DNA of 64,000 nucleotides from Candidatus Poseidonia alphae. GTDB taxonomy: Archaea; Thermoplasmatota; Poseidoniia; Poseidoniales; Poseidoniaceae. The stretch covers positions 82,880 to 146,879 of the forward strand of contig DAVD01000037.1 of the NCBI GenBank assembly GCA_002505405.1, in the 5' to 3' direction. The position numbers and the translations under genes are program-made. The notes under the pieces were generated by a model. That model had not been told where the DNA came from. It ran no database searches and worked only from the letters and a program-made list of their open reading frames with translations. Of this stretch, positions 38,734-48,286 are shown piece after piece; the stretch's first letter is position 1; every line of letters starts with the position of its first letter.

Positions 38734-39710
38734 TGTTGATGCCTCCGTTTGAACTTCATCACCCCGAAACCGTGGAGGAAGCCTGCGCCCTTGCGGCCGC
38801 TCTGATGGAACAAGGGCACGCCTTCGATTGGGTCGCTGGAGGGACGGACGTCTTGCCCAATTACAAATGGCGCATTAATCCGAAGCCCCACGTGATTTCC
38901 CTCGCGAGCATCCAGGATGCGTTTGCACTCTCTCCGTCCGAAATTGGATGCATGGTCTCTCTGGACACCTTGGTGGCTTCAGAGCATGCCCACCCACTGC
39001 TGCGACAAGCTGCTGCAAAAGTTGCCTCGTCATTGATTAGAAAAAGTGCAACAGTTGGTGGAAACCTTTGCCTTGACACCCGATGTTTCTGGTACAACCA
39101 GTCCGAGGATTGGCGCCGTTCAATCGATTGGTGTCATAAAGCAGATTGCGGCACCGGAGCAGATTGCAGAGTTATACCGAATCAGAACACGTTGTGCGTA
39201 GCGACCTATCAAGGCGACCTTGCTCCTAATTTCATGGTCCTCAACGCCTCGGTTCTGATCGTCGGTCCTAACGGTGAGCGAACGGTTGATGTTGCTTCTT
39301 TTTACCAACTGGATGGGATGAAGAAAAACGTCCTTGAAGAAGGAGAGTTTTTACTCAAAGTGATGCTTCCAAAGGACGCCTCCAAGCGAGAAGGCTGTTA
39401 TCAAAAACTACGTGTGAGGGAATCATGGGATTTCCCAGAGGCCGGTATTGCTGCTTCATGGATTCCAGGCAAGGCCGACACGCTTCAAATCGCAAGCACT
39501 GCGCTCGAGTCAATTCCCAAAGAACATTCAGAACAAATTTCGCAACATCTTGAAGAAAACGATGGTCTTATCGATGTGAAAACAATGGCCACCAGTATCC
39601 AAAAATCGGTGAAGCCTGTTAACAACACCGCCCTGCCTCCTCGATACCGCCGCTCAATGGTCAAAACCCTTACGAAACGGGCCTTAAAGGGCATCATGAA
39701 GGAGGACTGA
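38730..39710 (+). CDS. Mo-hydroxylase medium subunit, FAD-binding
   Basis: PPFELHHPETVEEA...WVAGGTDVLPN...ATVGGNL. ATGA-type overlap with the large-subunit stop. Confidence 0.85.
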   Translation: MMLMPPFELHHPETVEEACALAAALMEQGHAFDWVAGGTDVLPNYKWRINPKPHVISLASIQDAFALSPSEIGCMVSLDTLVASEHAHPLLRQAAAKVASSLIRKSATVGGNLCLDTRCFWYNQSEDWRRSIDWCHKADCGTGADCRVIPNQNTLCVATYQGDLAPNFMVLNASVLIVGPNGERTVDVASFYQLDGMKKNVLEEGEFLLKVMLPKDASKREGCYQKLRVRESWDFPEAGIAASWIPGKADTLQIASTALESIPKEHSEQISQHLEENDGLIDVKTMATSIQKSVKPVNNTALPPRYRRSMVKTLTKRALKGIMKED

Positions 39711-39714
39711 AGCA

Positions 39715-40674
39715 ATGAGGAAGACGTACCTGGTCCTTCTGGCTTTTGTTCTGTCATTGACACTGCCGCTTTCCTCGGCCCAGGAATTCAATCCCCCCTC
39801 GTGGGAATTGGGGTGGGATACCGATATGGATTCAACCTATCTTGTGGATTTGGAAGATGATTGGGACCTCACAGGAGAACTTGTCTTCTACATTAACAAC
39901 GAGCAAACAGGGGAATTGAACATTGAAATGACGTACGATTACGATGAGGATGGACCCTTTGATTTTGATGGGCCAGATTCGGTTTCCGTTGGTGGCTCTT
40001 CAAACAAGTCGTTTTCAATTTCAATTTCCGGCGCAGATGCAGAAACCGTACGGGCTTTCTCGCCTTCTTCCTCGATTAAACTCACCGTTCTCGCCCAAGA
40101 AACCGTTGGAGAGACGCCCGTTCGGGACAATGAGATCGAGGGCGACATCAGTACGCCACGCATGTATCAACTTCTTCCAGAAGTACAACTTCCAACCGAT
40201 ACGCTGTTCTCGGGTTCTTGGGTTGATTTTACCCTTGAAGTGAGCAATCTCGGCAACAATCAAGACGCCATCACATCCGGCGAAGCCACCATTAGAAGTT
40301 GCCCGCACCTTTCTGTGACCGGCCTTGACTCCTTGGAAGGGACCGTCGTTGCCGTGACCGATGAAAACGGCACGGGAGTTGTATCCTTCACGTTGCGCCT
40401 TGAGGCAACCAGCAGCCATCAGGAGCGGACTTGTGAGGTCTCAATCTCCATTCTGTCTGAGGGTGATGGAACAACCCGCTCATCGACCATGAACGTCAAT
40501 GTTGAAGCTCCGCAATCTACGGATAATTCTGGCGATTCCAGTGATGATACGGCAAATGACGACAAGACATCCACAGGTTCGGAATCAATGCCGGCGTTGT
40601 CCTTGATTGAAATTTTCTTCGTGTTACTTCTTACATCGTGGTTTTCCCTACGAAGTCAACGTGAATTTCTTTGA
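39715..40674 (+). CDS. Secreted, C-terminally anchored hypothetical protein (CARDB-like segment)
   Basis: GGAGG lies 9 nt upstream. Signal peptide MRKTYLVLLAFVLSLTLPLSSAQE, VDFTLEVSNLGNNQDAI, and a C-terminal TM helix LSLIEIFFVLLLTSWF followed by RSQR. Confidence 0.7.
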   Translation: MRKTYLVLLAFVLSLTLPLSSAQEFNPPSWELGWDTDMDSTYLVDLEDDWDLTGELVFYINNEQTGELNIEMTYDYDEDGPFDFDGPDSVSVGGSSNKSFSISISGADAETVRAFSPSSSIKLTVLAQETVGETPVRDNEIEGDISTPRMYQLLPEVQLPTDTLFSGSWVDFTLEVSNLGNNQDAITSGEATIRSCPHLSVTGLDSLEGTVVAVTDENGTGVVSFTLRLEATSSHQERTCEVSISILSEGDGTTRSSTMNVNVEAPQSTDNSGDSSDDTANDDKTSTGSESMPALSLIEIFFVLLLTSWFSLRSQREFL

Positions 40675-40686
40675 ATCGCCTCTTTG

Positions 40687-40740
40687 GCTTCAAAAAATGT
40701 AATATTTCAAGCCTTAGAGCATTTTTTCAAAAATATTGAG
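40687..40740 (+). terminator. Imperfect hairpin plus T-runs in an AT-rich spacer; a promoter for the next unit is likely here too
   Basis: GGCTT-caaaaaatgtaatatttc-AAGCC followed by cattttttc and cttatttttc. This is the most AT-rich intergenic stretch that I read closely. Confidence 0.3.
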
Positions 40741-40799
40741 GACTTATTTTTCTAGAGTTTGTTGGTTTTTCCTTGAACACCCTTGAGCAATCATTATGA

Positions 40800-42431
40800 G
40801 TGGAGCGAAGTTCCGACAGATGTATATCTGGCGTTTCGCGTCAGTCACTAGGAGAGATTAACATCGCAGAAGCAGAAAAATCCGGTTTGAGCCTTGAAGC
40901 ATGGCTCATGGTAGGATTGATTGTTTCTGTTCTCCTCTCCACGGTTGTTATCGCCTTGGTTTCCGCTGGTAAGACCACTGTTTTTTCCCCATATCAGAAC
41001 GATGATGAATTTTCGGACCAACAACTCACGCTGATGAGGGCCAACTTGACCGAATTCAACATCGCAAATACCATGTCCACTCCCATGCTTGTCAACGACT
41101 GGCAAGAGCCTCACCGAACGCTCCTCGTTATCGCAGCACCGGAGAAGCCTTTTGACGCAGCTGAGTCTGCTGCAATTTATGACTTCGTCACCGAACGCGG
41201 TGGTAAGGTCATCCTCGCCTCGAACTCAACCAACGCACAACTGGTTGCAGAAGAATTCGGAGTGAAATACTTTGACGCTCCAGTCCGAGACGATCCAACA
41301 ACTGGGCGCTATTATGAGGTTACCAACGATAACGACGAACGTGTGAGCCCAGACACAAAGAAACTGTGGGCTGTTTCATCGGTAACTCGTGGTATTGATA
41401 CCATGGGCGATGAGAAGGCAATTCCATGCTCACACGACAATGTCCGGGACAAAGAAGTAGAGAATTGCCGAATGCCGGTTTTGTTCCATCGCCCAACGGC
41501 CATCCAAGTATTGGATGAGCAACTTGATACAAATCGAGAAATTCATGTGCTCGCCCAAGCCTCTACCTCAGCCCAAATTGATCTGGGTAAGGGCGAAAAC
41601 AATCCGACCCTCGGAGAAGGTGAAACTGGACTCATCATTCGTATTGACTATCCCGGTCAAGAGGTTCTTGACCAACAACCAAACAATGACTACGGCGAGG
41701 TGAGTGTGACAGGAAGCATCGTCTTTGTATCGGACCATTCCGTTCTCGCAAACCACCTTTGGGATGAAGACCGCGCTGCTGCAACCGGAAAGCAACAATG
41801 CGATTCGCAACTTTACCAGCAATTCGGTCACATGTGCTGGGAAACAGATTCAGCAGGATTGAATTCGGGTCTGGGCGATACCTCATGGAGCGGCAATTCC
41901 ATGTTCTTCACGGCACTGATTAACGATATGATGGAGTTCGATAACGAACAAATTTCAACCCAAGTTACTCGTTATCCTGCCCAGTTCAACATCGTCTTTG
42001 ATGAGAGCCGCCACGTTTCCAGCACTCTTTCCATGCCGTTCACGGAAGCCATTGGGGCGATTGTCTTGCTCACGAGCGATGGCGTTCTCAAGTGGCTCAT
42101 TATCCTCAACCTTTTCGCACTCCTAGCGATCGCCATCATGGTCGTCCCGGAGAAAGAGAACTGGCGTCACGTCTTTGACTTGACTCGATTCAGGGAGCGG
42201 CCAACAAAGTTGGACCCTTCACAATACCACCGACGAACCAGGGATGCTTTGCTCTCCAAGGTTCGTCAATTCAACGACCTGACGCGCGACGAATTCGCCC
42301 GCAAGTCTCCCGCCGAAGTAATGCAAATGGTGCGGGAACCCCGCTTGGTTGAACTTGTAAGTTCAAACCGCTCATACTCCAACGAAGAATTGAGGGAATT
42401 GATCCCTCACATCCGACGTTGGGGTAATTGA
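40800..42431 (+). CDS. DUF4350-like membrane protein (N- and C-terminal TM helices)
   Basis: HRTLLVIAAPEKPFDAAESAAIYDFVTERGGKVILAS resembles the DUF4350/GldG-like pattern. Start uncertain: GTG at 40800, or ATG at 40908 immediately before the first TM helix. Confidence 0.6.
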   Translation: MERSSDRCISGVSRQSLGEINIAEAEKSGLSLEAWLMVGLIVSVLLSTVVIALVSAGKTTVFSPYQNDDEFSDQQLTLMRANLTEFNIANTMSTPMLVNDWQEPHRTLLVIAAPEKPFDAAESAAIYDFVTERGGKVILASNSTNAQLVAEEFGVKYFDAPVRDDPTTGRYYEVTNDNDERVSPDTKKLWAVSSVTRGIDTMGDEKAIPCSHDNVRDKEVENCRMPVLFHRPTAIQVLDEQLDTNREIHVLAQASTSAQIDLGKGENNPTLGEGETGLIIRIDYPGQEVLDQQPNNDYGEVSVTGSIVFVSDHSVLANHLWDEDRAAATGKQQCDSQLYQQFGHMCWETDSAGLNSGLGDTSWSGNSMFFTALINDMMEFDNEQISTQVTRYPAQFNIVFDESRHVSSTLSMPFTEAIGAIVLLTSDGVLKWLIILNLFALLAIAIMVVPEKENWRHVFDLTRFRERPTKLDPSQYHRRTRDALLSKVRQFNDLTRDEFARKSPAEVMQMVREPRLVELVSSNRSYSNEELRELIPHIRRWGN

Positions 42432-42448
42432 AACAAGGAGGAATAGAC

Positions 42449-42607
42449 ATGCAACCCCCAGCCCCCCCAGCAGCCCCGCCCGCGCCAGCACCTGCAGCGC
42501 CTGTAGCACCTGCGGCCCCAGCAGCACCAATGCCAATGGCACCTGCTGCACCAGCCGCACCTGTTGCACCTGCAGCACCGGCCGCTCCGGCCCAGCCGAA
42601 GCACCAG
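42449..42607 (+). repeat. Low-complexity Pro/Ala-coding region (imperfect GCACC/GCAGC repeats)
   Basis: Encodes MQPPAPPAAPPAPAPAAPVAPAAPAAPMPMAPAAPAAPVAPAAPAAPAQPKHQ. It also generates Gly/Ala-rich shadow ORFs on the minus strand. Confidence 0.9.
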
Positions 42608-43573
42608 AGTACACCAGAAGTCCGAGAACGCCTCAAGGCCGTCGGTGCAATCGCAACAGCGATTTCAGCCGAAGTCCAAAAGGTCATTATCGGTAAGGCC
42701 CACGTTATCGACAACGTATTGGTCAACATTCTGTCAAACGGAAACCTTCTCTTCGAAGATTATCCAGGTTTGGCTAAGACGTTGATGACCAACACGTTCG
42801 CCGATGCGCTCGGTTGCGACTTTAAGCGTGTTCAATTCACGCCGGATTTGCTTCCTGCCGACATCACTGGTACCAACATTTACGACGCCAAGAAAGGCGA
42901 GTTTACGTTCAAGCCAGGCCCACTGTTCTGCAATCTCCTCCTCGCTGACGAGATTAACCGTGCACCTCCAAAGACTCAAGCTGCTTTGCTTGAGGCTATG
43001 CAAGAGAAGCAAGTTACCATCGGTACAGTGACTCACAAGTTGCCAGCACCGTTCATTGTTATGGCTACTCAAAACCCTGTTGAACAAGAAGGTACATACC
43101 CCCTTCCTGAAGCACAACTTGACCGTTTCATGTTCAAGATGTCCGTTGGATATCCTGACCGTGCAGACGAAGACGAAATCCTCGCCCGACGTATCAGCCG
43201 TGGAAAGGACGCCGTTGATGTTGACGTCATTACTGACCCTCAACGAGTTATCGCTATGCAACAAGCTTGTGAAGACGTTTACGTCGATCCTGCTCTGCGC
43301 ATGTACATGGTTGAAATCGTGTCCCGAACCCGCGAAGACCCTCGTGTCCTCGTAGGCGCATCGCCTCGTGGTTCCCAAGCATTGTTGAAGACCTCCCGTG
43401 CTGCCGCAGCACTTCGAGGTCGTGATTTCGTCACACCCGACGATGTTAAGGCGATTTCAGAACTTGCACTTGCCCACCGTATTATCCTCAAGCCTGAACA
43501 CCAAATCAAGGGCTTGGAATCCGGTGAAGTGATTCAAGCTATTCTACGAGAAGTCCCCGTTCCAACGGTCTGA
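42449..43573 (+). CDS. MoxR-family AAA+ ATPase with Pro/Ala-rich N-terminal extension
   Basis: AAGGAGG (42435-42441) precedes ATG 42449. Walker A YPGLAKT, Walker B LLLADEINRAPP, ATQNPVEQEGTYPLPEAQLDRF, SPRGS. Confidence 0.9.
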   Translation: MQPPAPPAAPPAPAPAAPVAPAAPAAPMPMAPAAPAAPVAPAAPAAPAQPKHQSTPEVRERLKAVGAIATAISAEVQKVIIGKAHVIDNVLVNILSNGNLLFEDYPGLAKTLMTNTFADALGCDFKRVQFTPDLLPADITGTNIYDAKKGEFTFKPGPLFCNLLLADEINRAPPKTQAALLEAMQEKQVTIGTVTHKLPAPFIVMATQNPVEQEGTYPLPEAQLDRFMFKMSVGYPDRADEDEILARRISRGKDAVDVDVITDPQRVIAMQQACEDVYVDPALRMYMVEIVSRTREDPRVLVGASPRGSQALLKTSRAAAALRGRDFVTPDDVKAISELALAHRIILKPEHQIKGLESGEVIQAILREVPVPTV

Positions 43574-43605
43574 TTTCTGAACGAAATCATTGAGGTGAAT
43601 TGAAG

Positions 43606-44919
43606 ATGTGGAGTCGTAAGTCAGCCATGCTCGGCAGCCTAGCTGTCGCTATGTATTTGCTTGGCCTTACGCTTCGTAACTCTCAACTTGTTACCGTCGC
43701 TGTTGTCATCTTTGTCTTCCTAACATGGGCTGCACTCGTGGGGAATCATGCAGATGTCGCATCCAGCGGCCGAAGAGCCGAAGAATGGTCGGGTGAAGAG
43801 GGAGTTGCTCTTGGTAGCGTTGTTGCCATGAGGAAACTTTCCAGTGCCCGGATGTTTGAGGACGGCGAATTGAGCGTAACATTGCGTATGCAAAATACAT
43901 CTTCACTGCCTAAGATTTTGGAAGTACGAGACCGTGTCCCTGAAGTCATGAGAATCAAAGAAGGCGCCAATTACATTTTGATGGAACTTGGCCCTCGCCG
44001 TGAAACATACATCGAATATACGGTAGAGTGTCCTCTGCGAGGATTCTACAGTCTCGGTCCGGTCACGGTCCGTATCCAGGACGCTTTCGGATTGTTCCAT
44101 AAGGAAAAGGAGTTGCATGTCTACAACGACTTCCTTGTGTTCCCTAAGATGGAAGACCTGAAAGAAACATTCGTCAAGTCTCGTGTTCCCAAGATTTTCA
44201 CCGGTGCCGTCAACATTCGTCAACCGGGCCCAGGTTCGGAGTTCTACTCCCTCCGTGAGTACTTTGAGGGAGATTCGTTCCGTGCGATCAACTGGTCTGC
44301 ATATGCCCGCTCGGGTAAACTCATGGTCAATGAGCGTGAGCGAGACGCCGTTTCCGACATTATCATCATCGTTGACTCAAGAGCGGTGTCAGAAACAGGA
44401 CCCGTATCAAGAAATGCATTGGTTTACTCTACACGAGCCGCTGCGTCACTTGCAAAATACTTCCTAGGACGTCGTGACTCCGTTGGGGTCATTGTTTACG
44501 GTGATGAAGTCGTCAGCGTTGACCGAGATACCGGCAAGAAGCAATTGTACGTCATTCTCACTAAACTTGCAGGTGCAGTTGCCCGTGGTAACATTCCACT
44601 CCAGGTTGTTGTCAACCGTATTCTACCGCACATCAACAAGGGTAGCCCGATCATCTTCCTTTCCAATCTTGAAGATGACCCAACCATTGTCAATGCACTG
44701 CGTGATTTCCGTGCACGAGACTTTGATGTCACCGTTCTTTCGCCATCATCGCTTGAGTTTGAATTCGATGCTCGACGGATTGACCGAACCGGTTACGAAG
44801 TCATGAAGACCGAGCGCGACGTCCTGATTGGGGAGTTGCGAGGTCTTGGCGTGAACATCATGGATTGGGAGCCTGATATGCTGCTCTCAACCGCTCTTGC
44901 TGGGGCACGAGGATTCTGA
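43606..44919 (+). CDS. DUF58-domain (vWA-like) protein
   Basis: Two N-terminal TM helices, then FYSLREYFEGDSFRAINWSAYARSGKLMVNERE (the DUF58 signature) and IIIVDS. Confidence 0.8.
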   Translation: MWSRKSAMLGSLAVAMYLLGLTLRNSQLVTVAVVIFVFLTWAALVGNHADVASSGRRAEEWSGEEGVALGSVVAMRKLSSARMFEDGELSVTLRMQNTSSLPKILEVRDRVPEVMRIKEGANYILMELGPRRETYIEYTVECPLRGFYSLGPVTVRIQDAFGLFHKEKELHVYNDFLVFPKMEDLKETFVKSRVPKIFTGAVNIRQPGPGSEFYSLREYFEGDSFRAINWSAYARSGKLMVNERERDAVSDIIIIVDSRAVSETGPVSRNALVYSTRAAASLAKYFLGRRDSVGVIVYGDEVVSVDRDTGKKQLYVILTKLAGAVARGNIPLQVVVNRILPHINKGSPIIFLSNLEDDPTIVNALRDFRARDFDVTVLSPSSLEFEFDARRIDRTGYEVMKTERDVLIGELRGLGVNIMDWEPDMLLSTALAGARGF

Positions 44920-44931
44920 GGAGGGAAATGA

Positions 44932-45849
44932 ATGGCAATGAAATCCGGTGATACTGCACATCTCTACGATGGAAAGACGGTTCGCTCGTCAGCTCCTTCA
45001 CGAAAGAAACTCGCAGGCAATGCATCTGCGACTGGAGAGATTCCAAAAGATGCAATCCCAACCGTTGAGATCCCATCGTTTATCGAAAGCCTACTTGGAG
45101 GGCCGTTGGTCCCCAAGATGAAGTTCCTACCTCCAGACAAGATGGTCCAAAACCTACAATTTGCTGTTTACGGTGTATTGGTGGCATTGGCGCTCTTGAC
45201 GTTCATGATTTCACCGCCTGAAGGCACCATCTGGTACATCATTACCGGCAGCCTGGGTGTAGCCAACTTGTTCCAGTTATCGGTTATCGTTGGCGCAACC
45301 GTTTCAGGTTTTATGGGCACATACAAGCGTGATGCACGTTTTTCTCTCGCCAGCAACGTTCTCTTTATTCTTGCAATTCTCCGTTTTGCCTCCTCGAAAA
45401 CATCTTTGTCGAACGATCTCTTCGGCTTCCAGGACAATCCCGGGGCGCTTGCAATCCTGGTCGTAGTTTACTCTGTCCTCCTTATCATGTACTTTGAGTT
45501 GAGCAACGGTGTCATTCGTTATTCAATGCTCGATACGAGTATTCGCACCAACGAAGTGTACGTGATGAACCCAAAGAAAATCGTATCAAAGTACCACCGT
45601 TCTTTGATCATGAATCCAATTATTGCAACCTTGCTCGCTTGGTTTGTTCTCTCTGCTAACATGATTCTACCCGCAATCGTACGTATCTTCTCATCGGATA
45701 CGGCATTACGAATGGAAGAATCGGTTGAACTCACATCTGTTTACGGCGTTGCCCTTGGAACACTCTTCGTGTTCATTGTAGTTGGTGGTCTCTTTGGTCT
45801 GAATCTTCCAACTCACCTTCAACGCTACCGTGAAAGCAAGGCAGAGTAA
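44932..45849 (+). CDS. Hypothetical polytopic membrane protein
   Basis: 305 aa with about 6 hydrophobic helices and no recognisable motif. Last gene of the MoxR unit. Confidence 0.6.
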   Translation: MAMKSGDTAHLYDGKTVRSSAPSRKKLAGNASATGEIPKDAIPTVEIPSFIESLLGGPLVPKMKFLPPDKMVQNLQFAVYGVLVALALLTFMISPPEGTIWYIITGSLGVANLFQLSVIVGATVSGFMGTYKRDARFSLASNVLFILAILRFASSKTSLSNDLFGFQDNPGALAILVVVYSVLLIMYFELSNGVIRYSMLDTSIRTNEVYVMNPKKIVSKYHRSLIMNPIIATLLAWFVLSANMILPAIVRIFSSDTALRMEESVELTSVYGVALGTLFVFIVVGGLFGLNLPTHLQRYRESKAE

Positions 45850-47169
45850 TCAATTGTCGTTACGCTCACCGATTGACAATTGAGTGATCAATTCCTCAAG
45901 CAAATTGGAGATATCACTGCGTTGCGTGAGCAGATGAGTAGAATGTTGGCTTGAATTCAGCTGCTCGCTCACCCATCCATTGTCGAGAGAGGGAATGGTC
46001 AATTTGTGGTTCCCGGTATTCCCAATTAACGAAATCATTGCTGCATAGTAGTTGAATGAAACTTCGTCAAATCGTTGATTGAGCAACCCAATGCTCCGAT
46101 TGACTTCGTGTTGGGGGATGATGAACCTCCATTGAGCGTTATTTGACTCGAATGAACAGATCCGAATGTTGGCTGCATGGAATTCCTGTAACACATCGCT
46201 AAGCGCTGAAGTTGACCGATGCATGTATTTGGTTTCGACAACAATGCAGGCCACCTTCGGTATACATGCGACTCCTTTAGGAGCACTCAATTCATGAATG
46301 TCAGGTCCAATGACGGTTTTCATTCCAGTCTTCTCGTAACTGTAGAGGTGACGAATTTCTATTGGAATTCCAAGTGTATAAACGGGTTCAACTGTGGCTG
46401 GATGAATGATTGGGGCGTCAATGTGTGAGAATTCTATGGCTTCTGCGTATCCCAAGTAAGGAATTGGGGAGGAATGAACACCCCAACGAGGGTTGACAGG
46501 GTAGATTCCGAGGACGTCCTTCCATAACACAACACGTTGCGCATCGAGCAACGCAGCCAGGGCTGTAGCCGTGTGGTCGCTACCACCCCGGCCAAGCAAG
46601 GCGATGTTGCCATCCTTTCCTTGGCCAAACCACCCAGTGACCACGGGTGTACCATGGAGTGCCGAGCGTTGAAGAAGTTCTGTTGATTGTTTCATGTCCA
46701 CGGTTTGGGCTGTTGTTGTTCCATCCAAACAAAGACCAATGTCTTCCGCTCCTACTGGGTGTGCATCGATTCCGTGCTCGCTTAAGGCAAAGGCGACAAC
46801 AAGTGCAGAGAGTCGTTCCCCAGCAGCAAGCAGTCGATTGTAAGCACCGGAATCATCACGGTCCGTGGCGAGAATTTCGAGCGCATCCTCAATCCCCTTG
46901 AGAACCAATTGAAAGGTATCGTGTAAGGGGGAGTTGATGAGGTTCGGTGCAAAACGCAAGTGTTGACTCGCTAGATCGTTGACCAAGCGTCCAGCATACC
47001 GTGGTTCTTTTGCTGCTCGCATCAGTCGGTCGGTTGTCCCCCATAGAGCAGAGACAACGATAATACAGGGGTTCGTTGAGTTCAGCATGACTTCAGCGAT
47101 TCGATTAATATCGCTTGCATCGCGGAGACATGAGCCTCCGAACTTGTGAATCTCTGGGGGTTCAAACAT
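45850..47169 (-). CDS. Aspartate kinase
   Basis: IHKFGGSCL, VVSALWGTTD and LLGRGGSDHTATALAALL, with a C-terminal ACT-like region. Confidence 0.8.
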   Translation of the reverse strand: MFEPPEIHKFGGSCLRDASDINRIAEVMLNSTNPCIIVVSALWGTTDRLMRAAKEPRYAGRLVNDLASQHLRFAPNLINSPLHDTFQLVLKGIEDALEILATDRDDSGAYNRLLAAGERLSALVVAFALSEHGIDAHPVGAEDIGLCLDGTTTAQTVDMKQSTELLQRSALHGTPVVTGWFGQGKDGNIALLGRGGSDHTATALAALLDAQRVVLWKDVLGIYPVNPRWGVHSSPIPYLGYAEAIEFSHIDAPIIHPATVEPVYTLGIPIEIRHLYSYEKTGMKTVIGPDIHELSAPKGVACIPKVACIVVETKYMHRSTSALSDVLQEFHAANIRICSFESNNAQWRFIIPQHEVNRSIGLLNQRFDEVSFNYYAAMISLIGNTGNHKLTIPSLDNGWVSEQLNSSQHSTHLLTQRSDISNLLEELITQLSIGERNDN

Positions 47170-48244
47170 TCAAAAACCCTCCTCGAATCATCAAATCTGA
47201 GACTACCAATATTGCCATGGCTTCCACAACAGCAACGGCGCGAGGGGCAAGCACTGGGTCGTGGCGGCCCTTTACGGTCAAGGATTCCTGCTGATTTGTT
47301 TTCATATTGAGCGTCATTTGACTTTGGGGGATGCTTGACGGAGGTTTGAAGGCCACACTGACTTGGACTGGAGAGCCTGTCGACAGACCGGCCAACGCTC
47401 CATCCGGCCGTTCCCCTTCCATGACGGGTGCGTCTGATGTTCCACCCCACGCACTGTTATGCTCACTTCCGGTCATGGTTTGAACGCCAAATCCATGACC
47501 AAATTCAACTCCGCGTGCAGCTGGAATTGATAACATCGCTCGGGCAAGCGCCGGTTCAAGTCCATCAAACCATGGCTCGCCGACACCCAATGGGAGCCCG
47601 TCCACTACCAAATCAACGCGTGATCCGATGGAATCCCTTTGTTTCCGATATGAACTGATGAGTTCTGTCATGGCTTGTGCGGCAACGGGGTCGTAGCAAC
47701 GCATGTGTTGGCTGGCTTCACTTTCCAACGTGGGGGGACACTCATCAAGATGGCGTGCTTCAACGCTTCCTATGGCTCCAACATGTGCGCGGAAAGCAAC
47801 TCCTTTTTCGGCCATCCAAGGGCGAAGCAGAGCCGCTATCGCAACAAGAGGGGCGGTCATCCGTGCGCTTGAGGTCCCTCCGCCTCGTAGGTCAGCCTTT
47901 CCTTCAGTTTTCAGCATCATGACCATGTCTTGGTGACCTGGTCGAGGATGGTCGGGGAGGAATCCATAGTCCTTTGAACGAACATCGCTGTTTTTGATTC
48001 TACACTCAACGGTTTCTCCGGTACTGATTCCGTTCTCCAGCCCCGATAACCACATGACCTCATCCGTTTCTTTGCGTTGACTGCTGTATGGGCCACCAGG
48101 TTTGCGCATGTTCATGGCGGTTTTGAGGGCATCCTCATCAAGAACAATCCCCTTTGGTAAGCCATGGAGCACTGCACCTACATGAGGGCCGTGACTTGAC
48201 CCATAAAGGGTCAACCGCAACTGTTCACCAAGAGACATTTGCAT
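47162..48244 (-). CDS. aroC: Chorismate synthase
   Basis: LRLTLYGSSHGPHVGAVLHGLPKG, RPGHQD, GGGTSSARMTA, SIGS. Confidence 0.9.
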   Translation of the reverse strand: MQMSLGEQLRLTLYGSSHGPHVGAVLHGLPKGIVLDEDALKTAMNMRKPGGPYSSQRKETDEVMWLSGLENGISTGETVECRIKNSDVRSKDYGFLPDHPRPGHQDMVMMLKTEGKADLRGGGTSSARMTAPLVAIAALLRPWMAEKGVAFRAHVGAIGSVEARHLDECPPTLESEASQHMRCYDPVAAQAMTELISSYRKQRDSIGSRVDLVVDGLPLGVGEPWFDGLEPALARAMLSIPAARGVEFGHGFGVQTMTGSEHNSAWGGTSDAPVMEGERPDGALAGLSTGSPVQVSVAFKPPSSIPQSQMTLNMKTNQQESLTVKGRHDPVLAPRAVAVVEAMAILVVSDLMIRGGFLNV

Positions 48245-48286
48245 GATGGGTCAATGTTCCCAGCCGTGGGGCCTTCAAGAAGGTGT

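Noticed and set aside
35324-39710. Calling the S-L-M operon an aerobic carbon monoxide dehydrogenase (coxSLM).
   Set aside because: I could not find the CODH-specific active-site loops in the large subunit, and the gene order and motifs fit the generic xanthine dehydrogenase family. The call is kept generic.
42271-42729. Minus-strand ORFs with Gly/Ala repeats (GAAGAAGATGAAGAAG).
   Set aside because: They are antisense to the Pro/Ala-coding repeat at the MoxR N-terminus. The MoxR frame has a strong RBS and continues into the AAA+ domain.
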